Below, piece after piece: positions 1-14,004 of a stretch of 64,000 nucleotides of DNA. The DNA comes from Malacoraja senta. Taxonomy: Eukaryota. Below the pieces are notes generated by a model. It saw nothing but the letters and a program-made list of their open reading frames with translations. It was not told the origin of the DNA and did no database searches. A program made the translations under genes and the position numbers. The DNA lies in assembly GCA_038087875.1 (NCBI GenBank), contig CM075982.1, forward strand, positions 18,104,001-18,168,000, read 5' to 3'. The stretch's first letter is position 1. The number at the start of each line of letters is the position of its first letter.

Positions 1-830
1 GACTACAGATGATAGAAACTGGAGCAAAAACTTCTGGGGAACTCAGTGGGTCAAGCAGCATCTGTGGAGGCAAGATGATGGTTGACTTTACGGGTCGCGA
101 CCCTGCATTAGGACTGAGATTATAGAGGGCACCTAGCCAATGTGAAACAGTGAAAGGGAGGAATGAAACAGGGGCTGGCATGTGATAAATGGAGCTGGTG
201 AAGTAGATTGATGGCAGATGGAGGTGGAAGATATAGTTTAGAGATAGTTGGTGGGTGATAGGTGGAAACAGTTAAAGGAAAAAAAATGTGCAGGGGTGGG
301 GAGGTAGCACAAAGGCTGGAAAATGACCAATGGAATATGGGAGAGATGGTGGGCAGATTGTACCAGGTGGGAAAGGGAATAGGAAAAGAAGGCTAAGGAG
401 GAAGAAACCAAGGTGGATAGAAGTGTGGGTGATGGTCAGATGGAACCAGGTAGCGGACGGTAGCCAATCTAGGTAACGGGGCAGAGGGGTGTTAGAAGAG
501 GTGAACAAATGAGATAGAACCTAAGAGGACTGGAAGGAATGGAAAAGGAACACAGCAAGTAAGAATAGCCTAAAACTGGAAAATCTAATGTTGATACCAC
601 TGGGTTGTTGGCCACCCAAGTGTAATAGGAGGAGTTGTTCTCAAAATTTGTGTTTCGCCTCACCATGGCAGTGGAGAAGGCCAAGGGCAGACACGCAGGG
701 CAGGAATGGGAAGGTGAGTTAAATGACATGCAACTCAAAGATCAAGATAGCTGTTGCTCCACAAAACAGTCGCCTAGTCAACGCTTGGTCTCACCGATGT
801 TGAGGAGGCTGCATTGAAAGCACTATATGC
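1..830 (-). mobile_element. Old Penelope-like element, 3' portion with terminal repeat
   Basis: Reverse strand resembles the PLE GIY-YIG C-terminus (...GGQQPSGINIRFSSFR), followed by a pyrimidine-rich UTR and the terminal motif shared with younger copies. Confidence 0.7.
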
Positions 831-2134
831 AATGTTAAATACCTTAGTGAGCTATGTAAAGTGGAATGCATACTTTAAGATTGTCAAGTCTTAAGTTTCT
901 TACGAGGGAGTAGTCAATTTTGTCCAGAGAATTAAACCAATGGGATGATATTACTGTATATGTTTCAGTTTGCTTTCTTATATACAAGTGTCACATGGGG
1001 GCAATTGCCACAACTACCATAGTGACAATAGATGCAGATTGCTCCTGGGGAGAATGGCTACATAGAATGTTTGTATTTCATGCATCGCAAAATCTACAAA
1101 ACCTTTAACACCCATTGAATGTTTTCATTGTACCACCCAGGTGAAAGCCAGCTTTGTATCAGCAAAGCGAAACCAGTCCTGAAAGGGCTGAGCCACTTGG
1201 ATTTAAAACACATCACTCACAATAATCAATAACCATTGGCTTACCTGTGATACTTAAAAGGAATAAAATGGATAGATACATTTCAGACAAATTTCTATTT
1301 CATGGAAAAGGAGCAGTAATGATTCTTATTCGTTTGCTTCAATTTCAATCCCGTGCAGATTCCCAATTTTATCCTTTCTCTTTTGTAGATTTTTACCTCC
1401 AACTATTCCTGTTGGTCAAGTGGATTAGCTTCCATCTTTTTCAGGCCCTGATTTATGATCAGTCTGCTTTGGAACCAGGTAGATTTCAGAATAGGACATG
1501 CCAAAAATTCCAGTGGGAAAACAAAAACCAGGTGATTTTGGAACAAAAGTCAGATACCATACCTGGTATGTTGATCCATTAATAATGAAATGTTGTGGCA
1601 CTTTTTGTTATCTGTGCAGCAAAGCTCAAATGGGAACACAAAATCCACATAAAGTGTTCAAATTCCATGCTTACACACCCTTAAACCACAAGAACTGGAA
1701 TGATTATGAGTGGAAACTGATTTCTTGTACCCATGGACGAATATGCCATAGTTGTTACCAATTTCATAAGGAAGTGTGTGGAGGAGTGTGTTCCCACCAA
1801 GACTTTCTGAGTGTTCTCTACCCAGATGCCTTGAATGAATCAGGAAATCCATCATATACTGAGGACCTGATATCAGGCGTTCAAATCTGGCTTCGCAGGT
1901 TCATATCAGAAAGGTTAAGAGACATTTTTGCTTTGAACTGGAGGCTTAGACAGACATTTGGCAGCTGTGGCAGGGCCCGCACATAATCACTTCCTGCAAG
2001 GGTAAACCGAGTGGTAGCCCAAACGGTAGCATGGCATCACTGCTCATTGTACGAGCTCAATGCTTACTAGACTCACTTTGATAGATCGAGAACATCGATG
2101 CACATTCTTATGCCACCAGAGCCCTTGATAGCAG

Positions 2135-3890
2135 TGTAATCACAGTCACCAAGGCCGACAATAGAAGATTCTTCATGAGTATGAACCCTGGCAAAGCAAC
2201 CGGCCCTGATGGTATTCCTGGTTGCGTTCATAAAGGATCCGTGGGCCAACTAGCTGGAGTGTTTGTGGATATCTTCAACCCCTCATTCCTAAGTTTAGAG
2301 GTTCACATATATGCTTTAAAAGGACATCAATAAAATCGGTGCCCAAGAAGAGTAAGGTGACATGCCTCAATGACTACTGTCCGGTGGTGTAGTCAAATAT
2401 CCGTAGTGATGAAGTGCTTTGAGAGATTGGTTATGACATATATTAACTCCTACCTTGTTAATGACATGGAGCTATTACAATTCATCTACCACCACAATAG
2501 ATCAATAGGGGATGCTATCTCACTGGCTTGCCACTCTATCACTGGACCACTTGGACAATAAGAGCACTTACTCTGTATGTTGTTTGTCAGCTTGGATGTT
2601 GTTCGTCAACTACAGCTCGGCATTCAACACCATTATCTCAACCAAACATTATCAAACTAAAAAAACTGGGTCTCTGCTTATCCCTATATAATTGGATCCT
2701 TGACATCCTCACTGGCAGACCACCATCGGTATAAATTGGCAACAGCGCCTCTTTCTCCATAACAATCAGCATAGAAACCCTTCAAGCCTGTGTACTCAGT
2801 CCCCTGCTCTACTCTCTCTATATCCATGACAGTGTGACCAGACACAGCTCCAATGCCATCTTCAAATTCACCGACAAAACCACCATTGGTGGACAATTGG
2901 TATGAAGTGGTCTGAAGAAGGGTCTCGTCCCGAAACGTCGCCTATTCCCTTCACTCCATAGATGCTGCTTCACCCGCTGAGTTTCTCCAGCATTTTTGTC
3001 TACCTTCAATTTTCCAGCATCTGCATTTCCTTCTTAAACATTGGTGGACAATTAATGGGTAATGATGAATCAGAGTATAGAAGGATTGAAAAATTGATTG
3101 AATGGTACCAGAACAATAATTTTGCTCACAACATCAACAAGACTAAAGAGCTAATTGTTGACTTCAGCGGGGGAAAGCCAAGGATCCGTGAACTGGTCTT
3201 CATTGATGGGATGGCAGTGGAGAGAGTCAAATGCTTCAAGTTCCTGTGCGTGCATATGTCTGAATATCTTTCCTGGGCCCAGCACATTGAAGCAATCACA
3301 AAGAATGCTCATCAATGCCCCTACTTCCTCAGATGATTGTGCAAATTAAGTTAGTGAATGTATTCTCCACTGAGCTTCTACAGGTGTACCGCAGAGAGCA
3401 TAGAGACTGGTTGCATCACGTACTGTTTCAATGAATTGAACACCCAGGAATGAAGGAGGTTAAAAGAGTGGGTGCCAAGTCCATCAGAGATACTGACCTC
3501 CCAAGTATAGAAACTTGCTGCCTCAAAAAGATAGCCCATATCATCAAAGATCAACACCACCCTGGCCACATGCTCATTTCACTCCTACCATTTGGAAGAA
3601 GGTACAGGAGCCTGAAAATCATGACCACCAGATTAAAAAATACCTTCTTCCCAACAACCATCAGGCTACTCGACACTAACCTTCGCAACTATGAACCTTC
3701 ATGGACTCTCTTTGTTTGCACTAAGGACTGTAGTTTCTATTTTGCCTAGTATTATGGCTATTAATTCATTAAAAATATATTATATATTATCTGTGTGTTT
3801 TATGTTTATGGACCTGTTAAGATGCTGCACGCAAGAATTTCACTGTTACATTGTTCATACAAATGACAATTGAATACTCTTGACTCTTGT
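2135..3890 (+). mobile_element. Rex1/Babar-type LINE, degenerate RT and 3' end, interrupted by a Penelope-derived mini-element
   Basis: ORF fragments VVMKCFERLVM...LLQF.Y..NRS..DAIS, NINKTKELIVDF, VERVKCFKFL and LLPFGRRYRSLK...RLKNTFFP. Confidence 0.85.
2899..3038 (+). mobile_element. Penelope-derived mini-element with hammerhead-like core and exact 15-bp TSD
   Basis: TSD cattggtggacaatt at 2884-2898 and 3039-3053. CTGAAGA-agggtctcgtccc-GAAAC-GTC at 2912-2939. Confidence 0.8.
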
Positions 3891-4334
3891 CTTGACTAAC
3901 TCTTTTATATGTCTAAAAGTTTGTAATTGGTAGAGTATGGTATGTTGTGATCATTTTTTCACATGGCCACTTTCAGCTATGTGGAATTACACTGACCTCA
4001 TTTGAAATGGCTTTGCTGACCACTTAGATAAGTGCAGAGACAGATGATAGGCACAGACTCTTCCTTCAAGTCACAATCAATACTGAACAGTGCACCATGA
4101 TTGCTGTAGAGAGAGGCATTAACAATGACTAGAAGGGGAAGTTCATCCAATTAGTTGCATGGAAACCTGACCACCGCACTGTTGTTTAGTTCCTCTCACA
4201 CTTTACGGCTGTAAACCCTGCATTTACAAAAAGGGTCACCGATCAGATTATAATCAATTATATTTTCTAGCATCAATGCTTTCCTACTTCACCATGAGTT
4301 AATTAGGGGGCATCTTTTCATTTAATTCTTTTAT

Positions 4335-4615
4335 GCCATTTAAGCCATTTAGAACAGAGATGAGGAAACACTTTTTCTCACAGAGAATGGTGAGTCTGTG
4401 GAATTCTATGCCTCAGAGTACGGCGGAGGCAGGTTCTCTGGATGCTTTCAAGAGAGATCTAGATAGGGCTCTTACAAATAGCGGAGTCAGGGGATATGGG
4501 GAGAAGGCAGGAACGGGGTACTGATTGGGGATGATCAGCCATGATCACATTGAATGGCGGTGCTGGCTCGAAGGGCCAAATGACCTACTCCTGCACCTAT
4601 TGTCTATTGTCTATA
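4335..4615 (+). mobile_element. CR1 LINE 3' end
   Basis: PFRTEMRKHFFSQRMVSLWNSMPQ...FKRDLD, then the 3' UTR and an (ATTGTCT)n tail. Confidence 0.9.
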
Positions 4616-4889
4616 GCATGGACTGAGCTTCGTGGGGGTTCACATCGGCTGTGGGGTTCATACCTGCTATCAGAGATGTATATTAAATTTTGTTTCAAAA
4701 ATCTTATAACTCTCACTGGACTGTCATTGGGACAAGTCTCCTGTGAAAATTTAGAGGTATTTCAATGCAGATGAATAGAGCTTAACGGGAATTCAAGAGG
4801 ACAAATTTGCCTGTGCACATAGCAGCATGAAATCTGTGTATATAATTTAAGGTCTGTGGTAATGAACTGAAGGAAAAAAAAGATCAAAA

Positions 4890-5115
4890 GGACCGACAAA
4901 AAGTGCTGGAGTAATTCAGCAGGTCAGGCAGCATCTCTGGAGAACATGGATGGGTGAAGTTTCGAATCGAGAACTTTCTTCAGTCTGATGAAGGGTCTCG
5001 ACCCGAAACGTCACCCATTCCTTCTCTCCAGAGATGCTGCCTGTCCTGCTGAGTTACTCCAGCATTTTGTGTCTACCTTCGATTTAAACCAGCATCTACA
5101 GTTCTTTCCTACACA
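4890..5115. mobile_element. Palindromic Penelope-derived mini-element (inverted terminal-repeat pair)
   Basis: gctggagtaattcagcaggtcaggcagcatctctggag...cttcag|tctgatgaagggtctcgacccgaaacgtc...ctccagagatgctgcctgtcctgctgagttactccagc; the two arms are reverse complements. Confidence 0.85.
4985..5012 (+). ncRNA. Minimal type I hammerhead ribozyme-like motif
   Basis: CUGAUGA-A-GGGUCUCGACCC(helix II)-GAAAC-GUC. The core is intact and helix III is reduced to the palindrome ACGU, as in PLE-associated minimal hammerheads. Helix I is only about 2 bp. Confidence 0.6.
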
Positions 5116-7956
5116 TCTAATCAAAGAATGTTAGTTAAAAGAATTTATAAAATAAATGAACAAAAATAGCATTGAATTGCACTTTTCACCTTTGTTTTCT
5201 GGACTTGCTAAAACATAGCAGATCAACCTGCATACTAATTATATGTTTACCATCGCGGATCAAGGGACATGGTTGCTTTGCTGCTACCCATCATGAAAGA
5301 GGGCAATATAAAAATGCAAACAAAATATACCAAACTGAATTTCAAGGCTTCTAATTAGACTAAACTGAAGTAGGTAGGGACATGTACATATACACTGTAC
5401 ATATATACAGTAAATGGATCGATTGTAATCATGTATTGTCTTTCTATTGACTGGTTAGCACGCAACAAAAGCTTTTCACTGTACATCGGTACACGTAACA
5501 ATAAACTAAACTGAACAATCAGTAAAGGAGAAGACGCTGAAACACAAGAGGAAGTTGGCATCCATGGTCTGGAAATTTCCCAAGGAGAAATCAACTTTAC
5601 AAGTAACAAAGGAGGAGAAATTAATCTTTAGTGATCCAGTTGAAACATGTACAATACTAAATGTTGCCTGCTGGACTCACATCCACAAACCAAATATGCA
5701 ACTAGCAATCAATGTTCTGCTTTATATCTAACGCTAGCGACCAAACTCAATTGTTTTTTCATCATCCATGAGGCAAATGATAAAGGACTCCTGCACAATC
5801 CTTGTTCAGCTGATGTTTCACAGAGAGCAGGTAGAATATTTGTTATCAACAGTGAAAGACGGCTTCAAGTCGACGGTATCAATAATTTTAAGAGGGATGC
5901 AGGCACTTAACTGGAGAACTAACTAAGGAACATGGCTATTGCATGGTGTGGTTTGTTTATGAATTCAGCCTCTGAGATAGATGAAGGTGTAGTTTAATGT
6001 TCCCAGGGTATGATGCACCAGTGTTAGTTACAGTTGTTTGTATATTACAATTTTTCTATTATCGATAATTCGCTGTAATTTTTGCTAATAGTTTCTGGCT
6101 AGTGGCGAAAAATTGTAAATGCCCTATGACATCCATTAATTAGATGTTGCAAGTAGAAGTGAATTTACCATTAGCCTTGTCCCAGGCCTATGATAATGCC
6201 AGTTCTGTGGACATGGTTCGCTTGAACCTCTTGCTATAGATGTGGAGAAATGGATCGCAAATCGAAGATTCTAATATTATGAGGCACAGGATGTTGGAAG
6301 GAATGTCCAGGAATGTTCTAGTAGGCTGGAAGATCAGCTTATATAAATATCACCATTTTGGTTGTTCGTGTGCGTTATGGCATCATTTTATCTTCACTAA
6401 TTAAATAATTGCTAGACAGCAGAGTTATCTCTCAGATTGAAGATTAAATACAGGAAAGCAATCGAGCTACAAGAATAAAATGATAGAGCTTCTGGGTGAA
6501 GAGAGCTAGGGCTGGTGAACATGGTGCAGCAAGTCTGAAATGCATGTGCAGTAGTGGCACCTGGAGAGACACACGGATGGCACCTTGAATAAGTAAATAA
6601 CATCATGTTTTGCCAAATAAGGTGGTATCTGTTGTATACCCAGTAAGAAAATGCAGACAGCTGCGTTTGAGAATGCTGCAACTGGAAATTGGTGCTGTGT
6701 ATCACTTCATCATTTGTTTCCACCAGCTGTATTGGTATATTCAAAGTGGTGGCAGCGTGAGGAAACACAATAAAAATAATCATATCTCCCTAAAAGTTTT
6801 ACCCAAGGATGCTTCCTTTAATCGCTAACATGTGGCTTCAGATTGTTTCTCTTGTATTTTGTTTCAAGATACAGGGAAAATGGAACACATCAATGGAATA
6901 CATATTAGTTTGGCTAATCCCTGAGTAATTCTGCTGAATTACGCCAAAATGAAGCTGACAGTAATCACAAAATCACAAAATCTGCAGGGGACTGATCATA
7001 TTTCCAGACTGTTGAGCCTCTCAAACAGCAAACTTGAATCTATGGCTTGCACATTACAATTCATTACAATGGGGATGGGTTGCAAAAACTAATTAAGAGT
7101 TCATGAAACTTAAATTTTAATTGTCATAACATCCTGCTTAGGACCAAAGGTCTATCAGTCCTATCCCAATGTTTAACCTATATTGGTTTTTTTTCCTTTG
7201 AAGTATTTGACTTTCTTTTCTTAAATTTACTTTTGCATCTGTTTCCATCCATTTTTCAAACAGGCATTCTGATCAAGAAATCTTAATGCCGATACTTTTT
7301 TGTCTCATGTTCTCTTGCCATTGTTAATTATTTTATACATTTGTCATGCGAGCCTCCTGTCAGAAGAAATAATTTCTCCTTTACCAAGCCATTCATAATC
7401 TTGACTACTTCTTTTTACACTTCTAGCCAACCTTTCCTGCTCAAAAGGAAATATCAGTTTAACTCTTATTTCTTTGAACAACTGAGGTCTCTCATCACTA
7501 CTAGAAAACATTATTAATACCATAATGCAATCAAATTTTGTGAAAGGCTAGTCGGTTCTGTCTCTGTTCTCCCTACTTTTCCTTACCAATTGGATATAAA
7601 TTTTCACTAAAGCCTTTAACGAAATGATCATTAGTTCAATAGACAAATTTCTGGATACAATTTATATATGGAGGAAGGACATTCTAAGATTAATAAGATA
7701 CTCTCTACTAAATTGTTCGTAGGATTTGGAATTTTCTACCACAAATGAAGCTTATTGCTAATGAACTGCACATGCTGTTCAGATGGTAATGAGAAATAGA
7801 AAACAATGATGGGAATGGAGCACACACAAGATTCTGATTGGAAACTGGCTTCAAAACTCCCAGAAGAGAGAGAGAGAGGAAAAGAGAGGGGGCTGGATAG
7901 GAGAAAAAGAGAGAGAAAAGAGGAAAACCAGAGAAAAGAAGGAAAAGACTACATAC

Positions 7957-8176
7957 ATCCTGTGATCTGTTTGGTGGATGTCTGTGTCTTGGACTGTGTC
8001 TGTCACTCCACGAAGGACCCTTGTGTCCATTCTCTCTGGGAGTCACTGATCTGTTGCGTCGGCCTTGCAGAGGAGATTGACTGGGTTCGTTTGTGTCATT
8101 CTTGGGCTGCCTGGAAATAGCACTGCGTTTGCTTTTGGAATGTGATGTTCTACGCTCTGAAGATGGGCTGTGGGAA
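7957..8176 (-). CDS. SRRM3: SRRM3 coding exon (~exon 11), 220 nt, phase 2-0: SHSPSSERR...SVTPRENGHKGPSWSDRHSPRHRHPPNRSQD
   Basis: ttttatttgttttccag|TTCCCAC...CAGGAT|gtatgt. S/R/P-rich, lies within ORF 7708..8187(-), and is in frame with the previous exon. Confidence 0.87.
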
Positions 8177-9120
8177 CTGGAAAACAAATAAAAGCAAGTG
8201 GCCGATTAAGTGTAACCAATAAGCTCGTTGCTGAGTTCCAACATTGGTCAGTGGGTGAACTTTGATTAGTTTTTAGTCAATGAAGAGTAGAAAGATTGTA
8301 ATATACTGTTGCACACAGTGCATTTGCGAATACAATTCAAGTACATTTTGACCACACTGCAGCCCCTCAATCACTCCACACAGCTTCCTTCATTGTAGTA
8401 CCACCTAATCAGAACGCTATTAAACTTCACCCTTAACCTGTCATGCCACTATTAAATATTAAAAAGTTCATGTGGCAAAATCTGGCACTTGCACGTTAGG
8501 TATTTGTTGATGGTTTATTTTCTCCTATGCTTGATGAACTTAAGACCAAATAATATTGGGATTAAACAATTAACTAAATGCAGATAAATCCTCCATGGCA
8601 TTGCTGTTTTATGAACAATATTGGGGAGGTATTACAGCAAGAAAGCGTTAACTTATCGAAAATGGGTATTATAAGCAAGGCATCTTAATGTTGTGAATTT
8701 TGCCAGTAACTTCACATAAATATCCATGTTTTGGAATTTGATATTTAAATTGTGATATTATATATTTTTGTGTCTTTGCCAATTAAAAAAAAAAATTGTA
8801 ATAAACTATTTGTTTTAATTACAATGTCAGGAATAATCAAAAACAATCAATGGCCTTGGTGACTTTTAAGCTACGAGTGAGTGGCATAGATGGCAATGGT
8901 GACGCCAAGCAGCATTGTGCCCCAGATGCACCCTATATTAAGGGCATTGTCATCTGCCAAAAGTTCAGAGGGATTTTTTAAGTGGAGATGGTTCCAGATA
9001 TCACTGGAATGAGTTGCTGCTGCTTAGGACCTAACTGTTTGGCTCCAGGACCTTGGTTCAGATGAATAGTCTTTACAGGCAGCAGGTTGTCAAGGTGAAT
9101 CCAGGCCTGTGTATCAGTAA

Positions 9121-9215
9121 ATAGACACAAAAAGCTGGAGTAACTCAGAGGGACAGGCAGTATCTCTGGAGAGAAGGAATGGGTGACGTTTTGGGTCGAG
9201 ACCCTTCTACAGAAG
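9121..9215 (-). mobile_element. Penelope-derived mini-element (single arm)
   Basis: atagacacaaaaagctggagtaactcagagggacaggcagtatctctggagagaaggaatgggtgacgttttgggtcgagaccc. Confidence 0.8.
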
Positions 9216-10253
9216 ATCATCTTCTCCTGTTTTGTTGACAGGTTTAAGACCTGCATGTTAATAGAAAGGATGCATGGACGCAATGCAAACCTGACGTGAA
9301 AGCTTGGGGAAAACATTTAATTTAGATCGCTATTGAAAGTATAGGCTGGCAGCTGTAGTTATATCTTTATGTTCTATGCCAATTTAGAACCGTCGGTCTA
9401 GAGATGAGTACACCTGTTAAAACTGCCCTTGCTACACATGATTTGTCAAGATGAAATAAATGGTCAGATAGGATCAAATGGAAAGCAAAATGACCTGGGT
9501 GCCAACATAGCCCATACACATTTTAGATTGATACATTTTGTCCTTTTTCACACTCTGTTGTTATTTATTTACAAAATCATGGTAATATATTAATAGGCCT
9601 ATTAAAAAAAAAAAGTGTGTTAATCAGTTTTAACTATTATGTTAAGGAACAGTGCAATAATAATTTCTCTCTCCTCCTTCCTTTCTCGATTCCTCACACT
9701 TTCTATCTTTTGTCTGTATCTTTCTTACTCTTCATCCCCATTTTTTAAAATCATTCTCAGAACGCATTTACCCATTGCAGCAATCTGCTCTCTAGGTGGG
9801 CTGTAATATAAAGTGCCAAATCACTAAACTTCCAGTATTTCATAAAACAGAATTGGGTGTTACATATTATTTATTCTGTTACAAGTTTTAGACGTTTAAC
9901 AGATGGGAGTTACAAATTAAGAATACTGTAGTGATGTAATCTCATTTTGACTAGGATCATGAAATCGGCAGTGTGGAACCTTTGAAAGCACTGCTGAATA
10001 TCTAATTCTATTAACTGCTGGGTGCTGCCTTGAACAGATGGCCTTTGTGATAAAACTTGTAACGTACTGCAGAACAAGAGTAATATCTAACCAAAATTAG
10101 AAAAGTTCCCATTCTAATTATGAATGGGGATAGGTAATGATGGTAATGTTAACATCAGGGAATTAGGTTTACAGACGGGAAGTCAGAATTTGTATAATAA
10201 CATAACACCTAGTCTGTTAATATTCAGCCGAATCTGTGGCATGTAATACTGAC

Positions 10254-10361
10254 CTCCTTAGAGATTTGGAGGAGCTGCGTATGGACGATGCAGACACACT
10301 GCGGGAGCTGCAACAGCTTCGTGCTTTGTGTGTTTTCCGTGGTGGTGACTCACTGGGTGAC
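10254..10361 (-). CDS. SRRM3: SRRM3 coding exon (~exon 10), 108 nt, phase 2-2: SPSESPPRKTHKARSCCSSRSVSASSIRSSSKSLRS
   Basis: ctctttccctcaacag|GTCACCC...CTAAGGAG|gtcagt. Lies within ORF 10217..10408(-). Confidence 0.88.
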
Positions 10362-13339
10362 CTGTTGAGGGAAAGAGGCTTGCATGAGAAATGGACCACA
10401 CTGAGCAATGTCTTTCCTGAGGATGTTATCAGCAGCGGAAATTTTAGTATAATATAGAATTAGAAAAGAGTATCATTAGCAGACAATCAGAAAACAGCCC
10501 TTCAAGCAGAATCTACCTTTCAATCAGAACACGACTGATTACTTAATGTATCACAGCATTTCATTATTATTTATAATGTAAAAAAATTAATTCTATTAAT
10601 CACACAATTTAAAAAAAAATTATGTTATGTACAGAATGCAAGAATTTAGGCCACATTCCCTTAAATTAGGAAGATTAAAGCATAAATATTTCCTCTGGTT
10701 GAAGAATTTAGAATAAATACATGAATCAGGCGAGATGTCAGGAGGTATTTCACACTAAGAATATTACAAATCTGGAAATTTCTCCTCAAAAAGCTGCTAA
10801 TTCATAAATCTTACCATTTTTCTATTCAAAGGTACTCAAAACCTATCTGATCACTTGTTCATAAACCTCTTTTGTGGTTTAGTATTACATTTGTTTGATA
10901 AGACATCTGCAAAATGCTTTGAGATGTTTCACAACATTAACGGTATTAAAACAAATAGTAGTTGTCTAATCATTACATTTATGAACACTGAACTCCATCT
11001 GCCAGTTGCCTCCATCCATACATTTAGGATTATTGTGCATTGACTATTTGTATTATTGTGCATTGGGTCGGTCTTATCTACAGGTTTATCTACAAACCTG
11101 AAAACTTAGAAGAGTCTCTTTCTTTATGATGATTAAAAGGACAGCTGATAATCCGTATGAAACTGCATGAGGAACCTGAATTCACAACAACATCTCCGCT
11201 GTAGCCATCTCTCACTCATTGTTCCAAAGAAAGGTCTTTCCACAGATCCTGCCTGAGCTACTGGGTGCTTCCAGCTTTTTATTCCCACTCACACAATTTC
11301 TCTTAAATGGTGCAATGTAAAACCCAGATGGATTCCCATAGAATCTTCAAGATAAAAGAAATATAGGTGACCTAACATTTCTGAATTTCTGCATGTTTGC
11401 CCTAATTCTCACCATTGGCAAATTACCTCTGGATCTATCTCTTGCTTCTGGTATACTTTACAACTGCTACATTTTTTGCCTAATCTTCCTTTTTATTGTC
11501 TAAAATAGAGCAGATATAAATGGAAAACAACTTACTGGTTGTTATCCCACTGCATCAAATATCAACGGAGACCAAGATCCAAAGCGTTACAACCAACAAG
11601 GCATTGCACTTTCCTCATGGGGTCTGTTATCAGGGTCACTGACCTTTCAACTTATGAATGTACAAAGGAACTGAAGCCACTTTGGGTACGCTCTAACGCT
11701 CAATAAGTTTGTGGCTGGTGTCCTTCCTTAACTCTATCCTTTGCATTTTCCTACTTTTCAAAATTAACCAAAATGTAATAATCTCTTTCTTGAACATACA
11801 TGACCGAGCTCATGCAAGCCTTTGGGATAGAGAATTCCAAAAAATATCAAATAATTTGAGGTGAACAATTCCTCCTAATCCGTCCTAAATATCAGGTTTT
11901 AATGAATGATCATTGGCCTGAAACATTTACACTATTTTCTCTTAATGTATAAACTCTCATTGAATATGATCATGGTACATCAAGGTGTTCTTGTGTTGCT
12001 GATTCAAGGATAAGTGTTGGCTATACTATAGAGGATGTGATTGTGGAACTAAAGGTAGCCCTTGTAAATTGGCCATGGATCTGGAACATTATCAACTCCA
12101 ACCTGATTTCATACATTATTAATTCAACTGGAGGCACAAGCTACATTTTGCAGTGGGTGGGAGCAATAAAACAAAATGCCAATTAGAACATAGATGCCTA
12201 ATCTCTTGGGATTCATTTTAATTAATCACTGATTTGGAGAAATATTATTATACTGCAATGGATTAATAAAAAATATGTAGTCAGGAAGGCAGTCGAATGT
12301 TTGTGCACAAAACCGTGACTAACCTGAAAATACAGATCAGAATTTATTTTGGTAGCTTTTAAATTATACGTTAATATGTGAATTATTTAGTGGATTGGAC
12401 AAGACTTCTATTTACCAGTACAGAATAAATGCGTTCATTCCATTCACTCCACTGTTAGTGCTGCAATATTTTTAGGTTTACTACATTATTGTGGCTGTTG
12501 TGAAATCAGTCTCACACATTAACTAGTTAAGGTTGTAGGAACATAAAATGGGATTATTAAAGTTATAAATACTGCTGTAATTATTCCAAGTTTACTCATT
12601 AGTGTGCTTAACGCCCTACAAGTTTTAAAGTGATGTCAAACGGGTGAAAAACATTTCAAACATAGGAAAAGAGTAGGCCATTCAATACTTTGAACATGTT
12701 TCATTATTCAATTAGATTGCAGTTGATTGGCACCTTCATTCAATTCCCATGGTTTCATATTACTTAATGCCTTGCTAACATAAATCTCCAGTCTTATCAA
12801 ATTTTAATTGATCTATCCTCAACAACGTCATGAAGGACAGAGTTCCAGATTTTCATTACCATTTAGACAAAGAAGTGCTGTCTAAAATTACACATTATAT
12901 ACGAGAAAGGCATAGTTCTAATTTCACCCACGGGTGTAAACTCTCCTACCAGAGGAAACACTTTCTGTACGTCTAATGAAAATATTTGATCATCTTAAAC
13001 AACTCGATTATATACGCTCTTAATTAATTTCATATGAGAAATATAAGCCTAGCCTAGGAAACCTGTTACCATAATTTTCTATGATTAGGACTGATGCTAT
13101 TTGAGTGAATAAACACTACATGTCCTTCAAGGCTAATATATCCTTACTGAAAATCAGTGTTCAGAACTAAATATAGTAGTACTCTAGATAGTATTTGTAG
13201 AATTCATATGGCTCTTCTTTCTGACACACCCACTCTATCACATGCCTACTCATTTGTCCTTTCCTCCTGTCCTTTATTTCTCTAAAAAGCTACTGATCTC
13301 CAACGTGTCACAGTTTTGACAAAATACTTGATTTTAATA

Positions 13340-13715
13340 GGCATTGAAGAGGTTTACCAGATTGCTGATTGGATTAGAGGGGATTAGTTATAGGAGAGGC
13401 TGGACACCCCTGGAATGTTTTCTCTGGAACGTCAGAGGTTGAGGGATATCTGATAGAGGAATAAAAATTCCGAGAGGCATTGATAGGGTAGACTGTCAGA
13501 TCAAAAGACTAGAAGACTTAGCTTTAAGGTAAGTCAGAGGGGGGAATTTAAAGGTGTGGCAGTTAAAAGATGTTTAGACAGGCACACAGAAAGGCAGAAA
13601 ATGGAGAGATGTGGATCATGTATAGGGAGAGATTAGTTTAAATTGAGATCATAATTGGCACAGACATTGTGGGCCGAAGGGCCTGTTCCTGGGCAGTACT
13701 GATCTGCGTTCTGTG
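13340..13715 (+). mobile_element. CR1 LINE 3' fragment
   Basis: aggtttaccag...ttttctctgga.cgtcagaggttgaggg...gggccgaagggcctgttcct, a typical CR1 C-terminus and 3' UTR. Confidence 0.75.
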
Positions 13716-14004
13716 TGTGCAGGCCATCAACCTGAAATATTATCTCTGATCTCTTGATCACCAATGCAATTTGACCTGCTGAGTATTTACCATTTTTTTC
13801 TGTTATTTTATGGTGGATATGTACCCAACACTAATGTAAGGCAACACTGCAAATAATTTTACAAACTAAATGGGAACTCCATGTACTTTCCCTGTGCAAC
13901 TTAAACTATAAACATGAGGTACATTTTAAATCAACATTACTTGAACTATAACAAAAAATCACCGCAAAATGGAAAGTTAACAAACAAAGTGTAATATAAA
14001 AGAA

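Noticed and set aside
7806-8120. Plus-strand charged/Cys-rich ORF
   Set aside because: It is antisense to the SRRM3 exon plus a purine-rich low-complexity tract.
10236-10457. Plus-strand ORF MACNTDLLRDLEELR... that looks helical
   Set aside because: It is the antisense shadow of the SRRM3 exon at 10254-10361.
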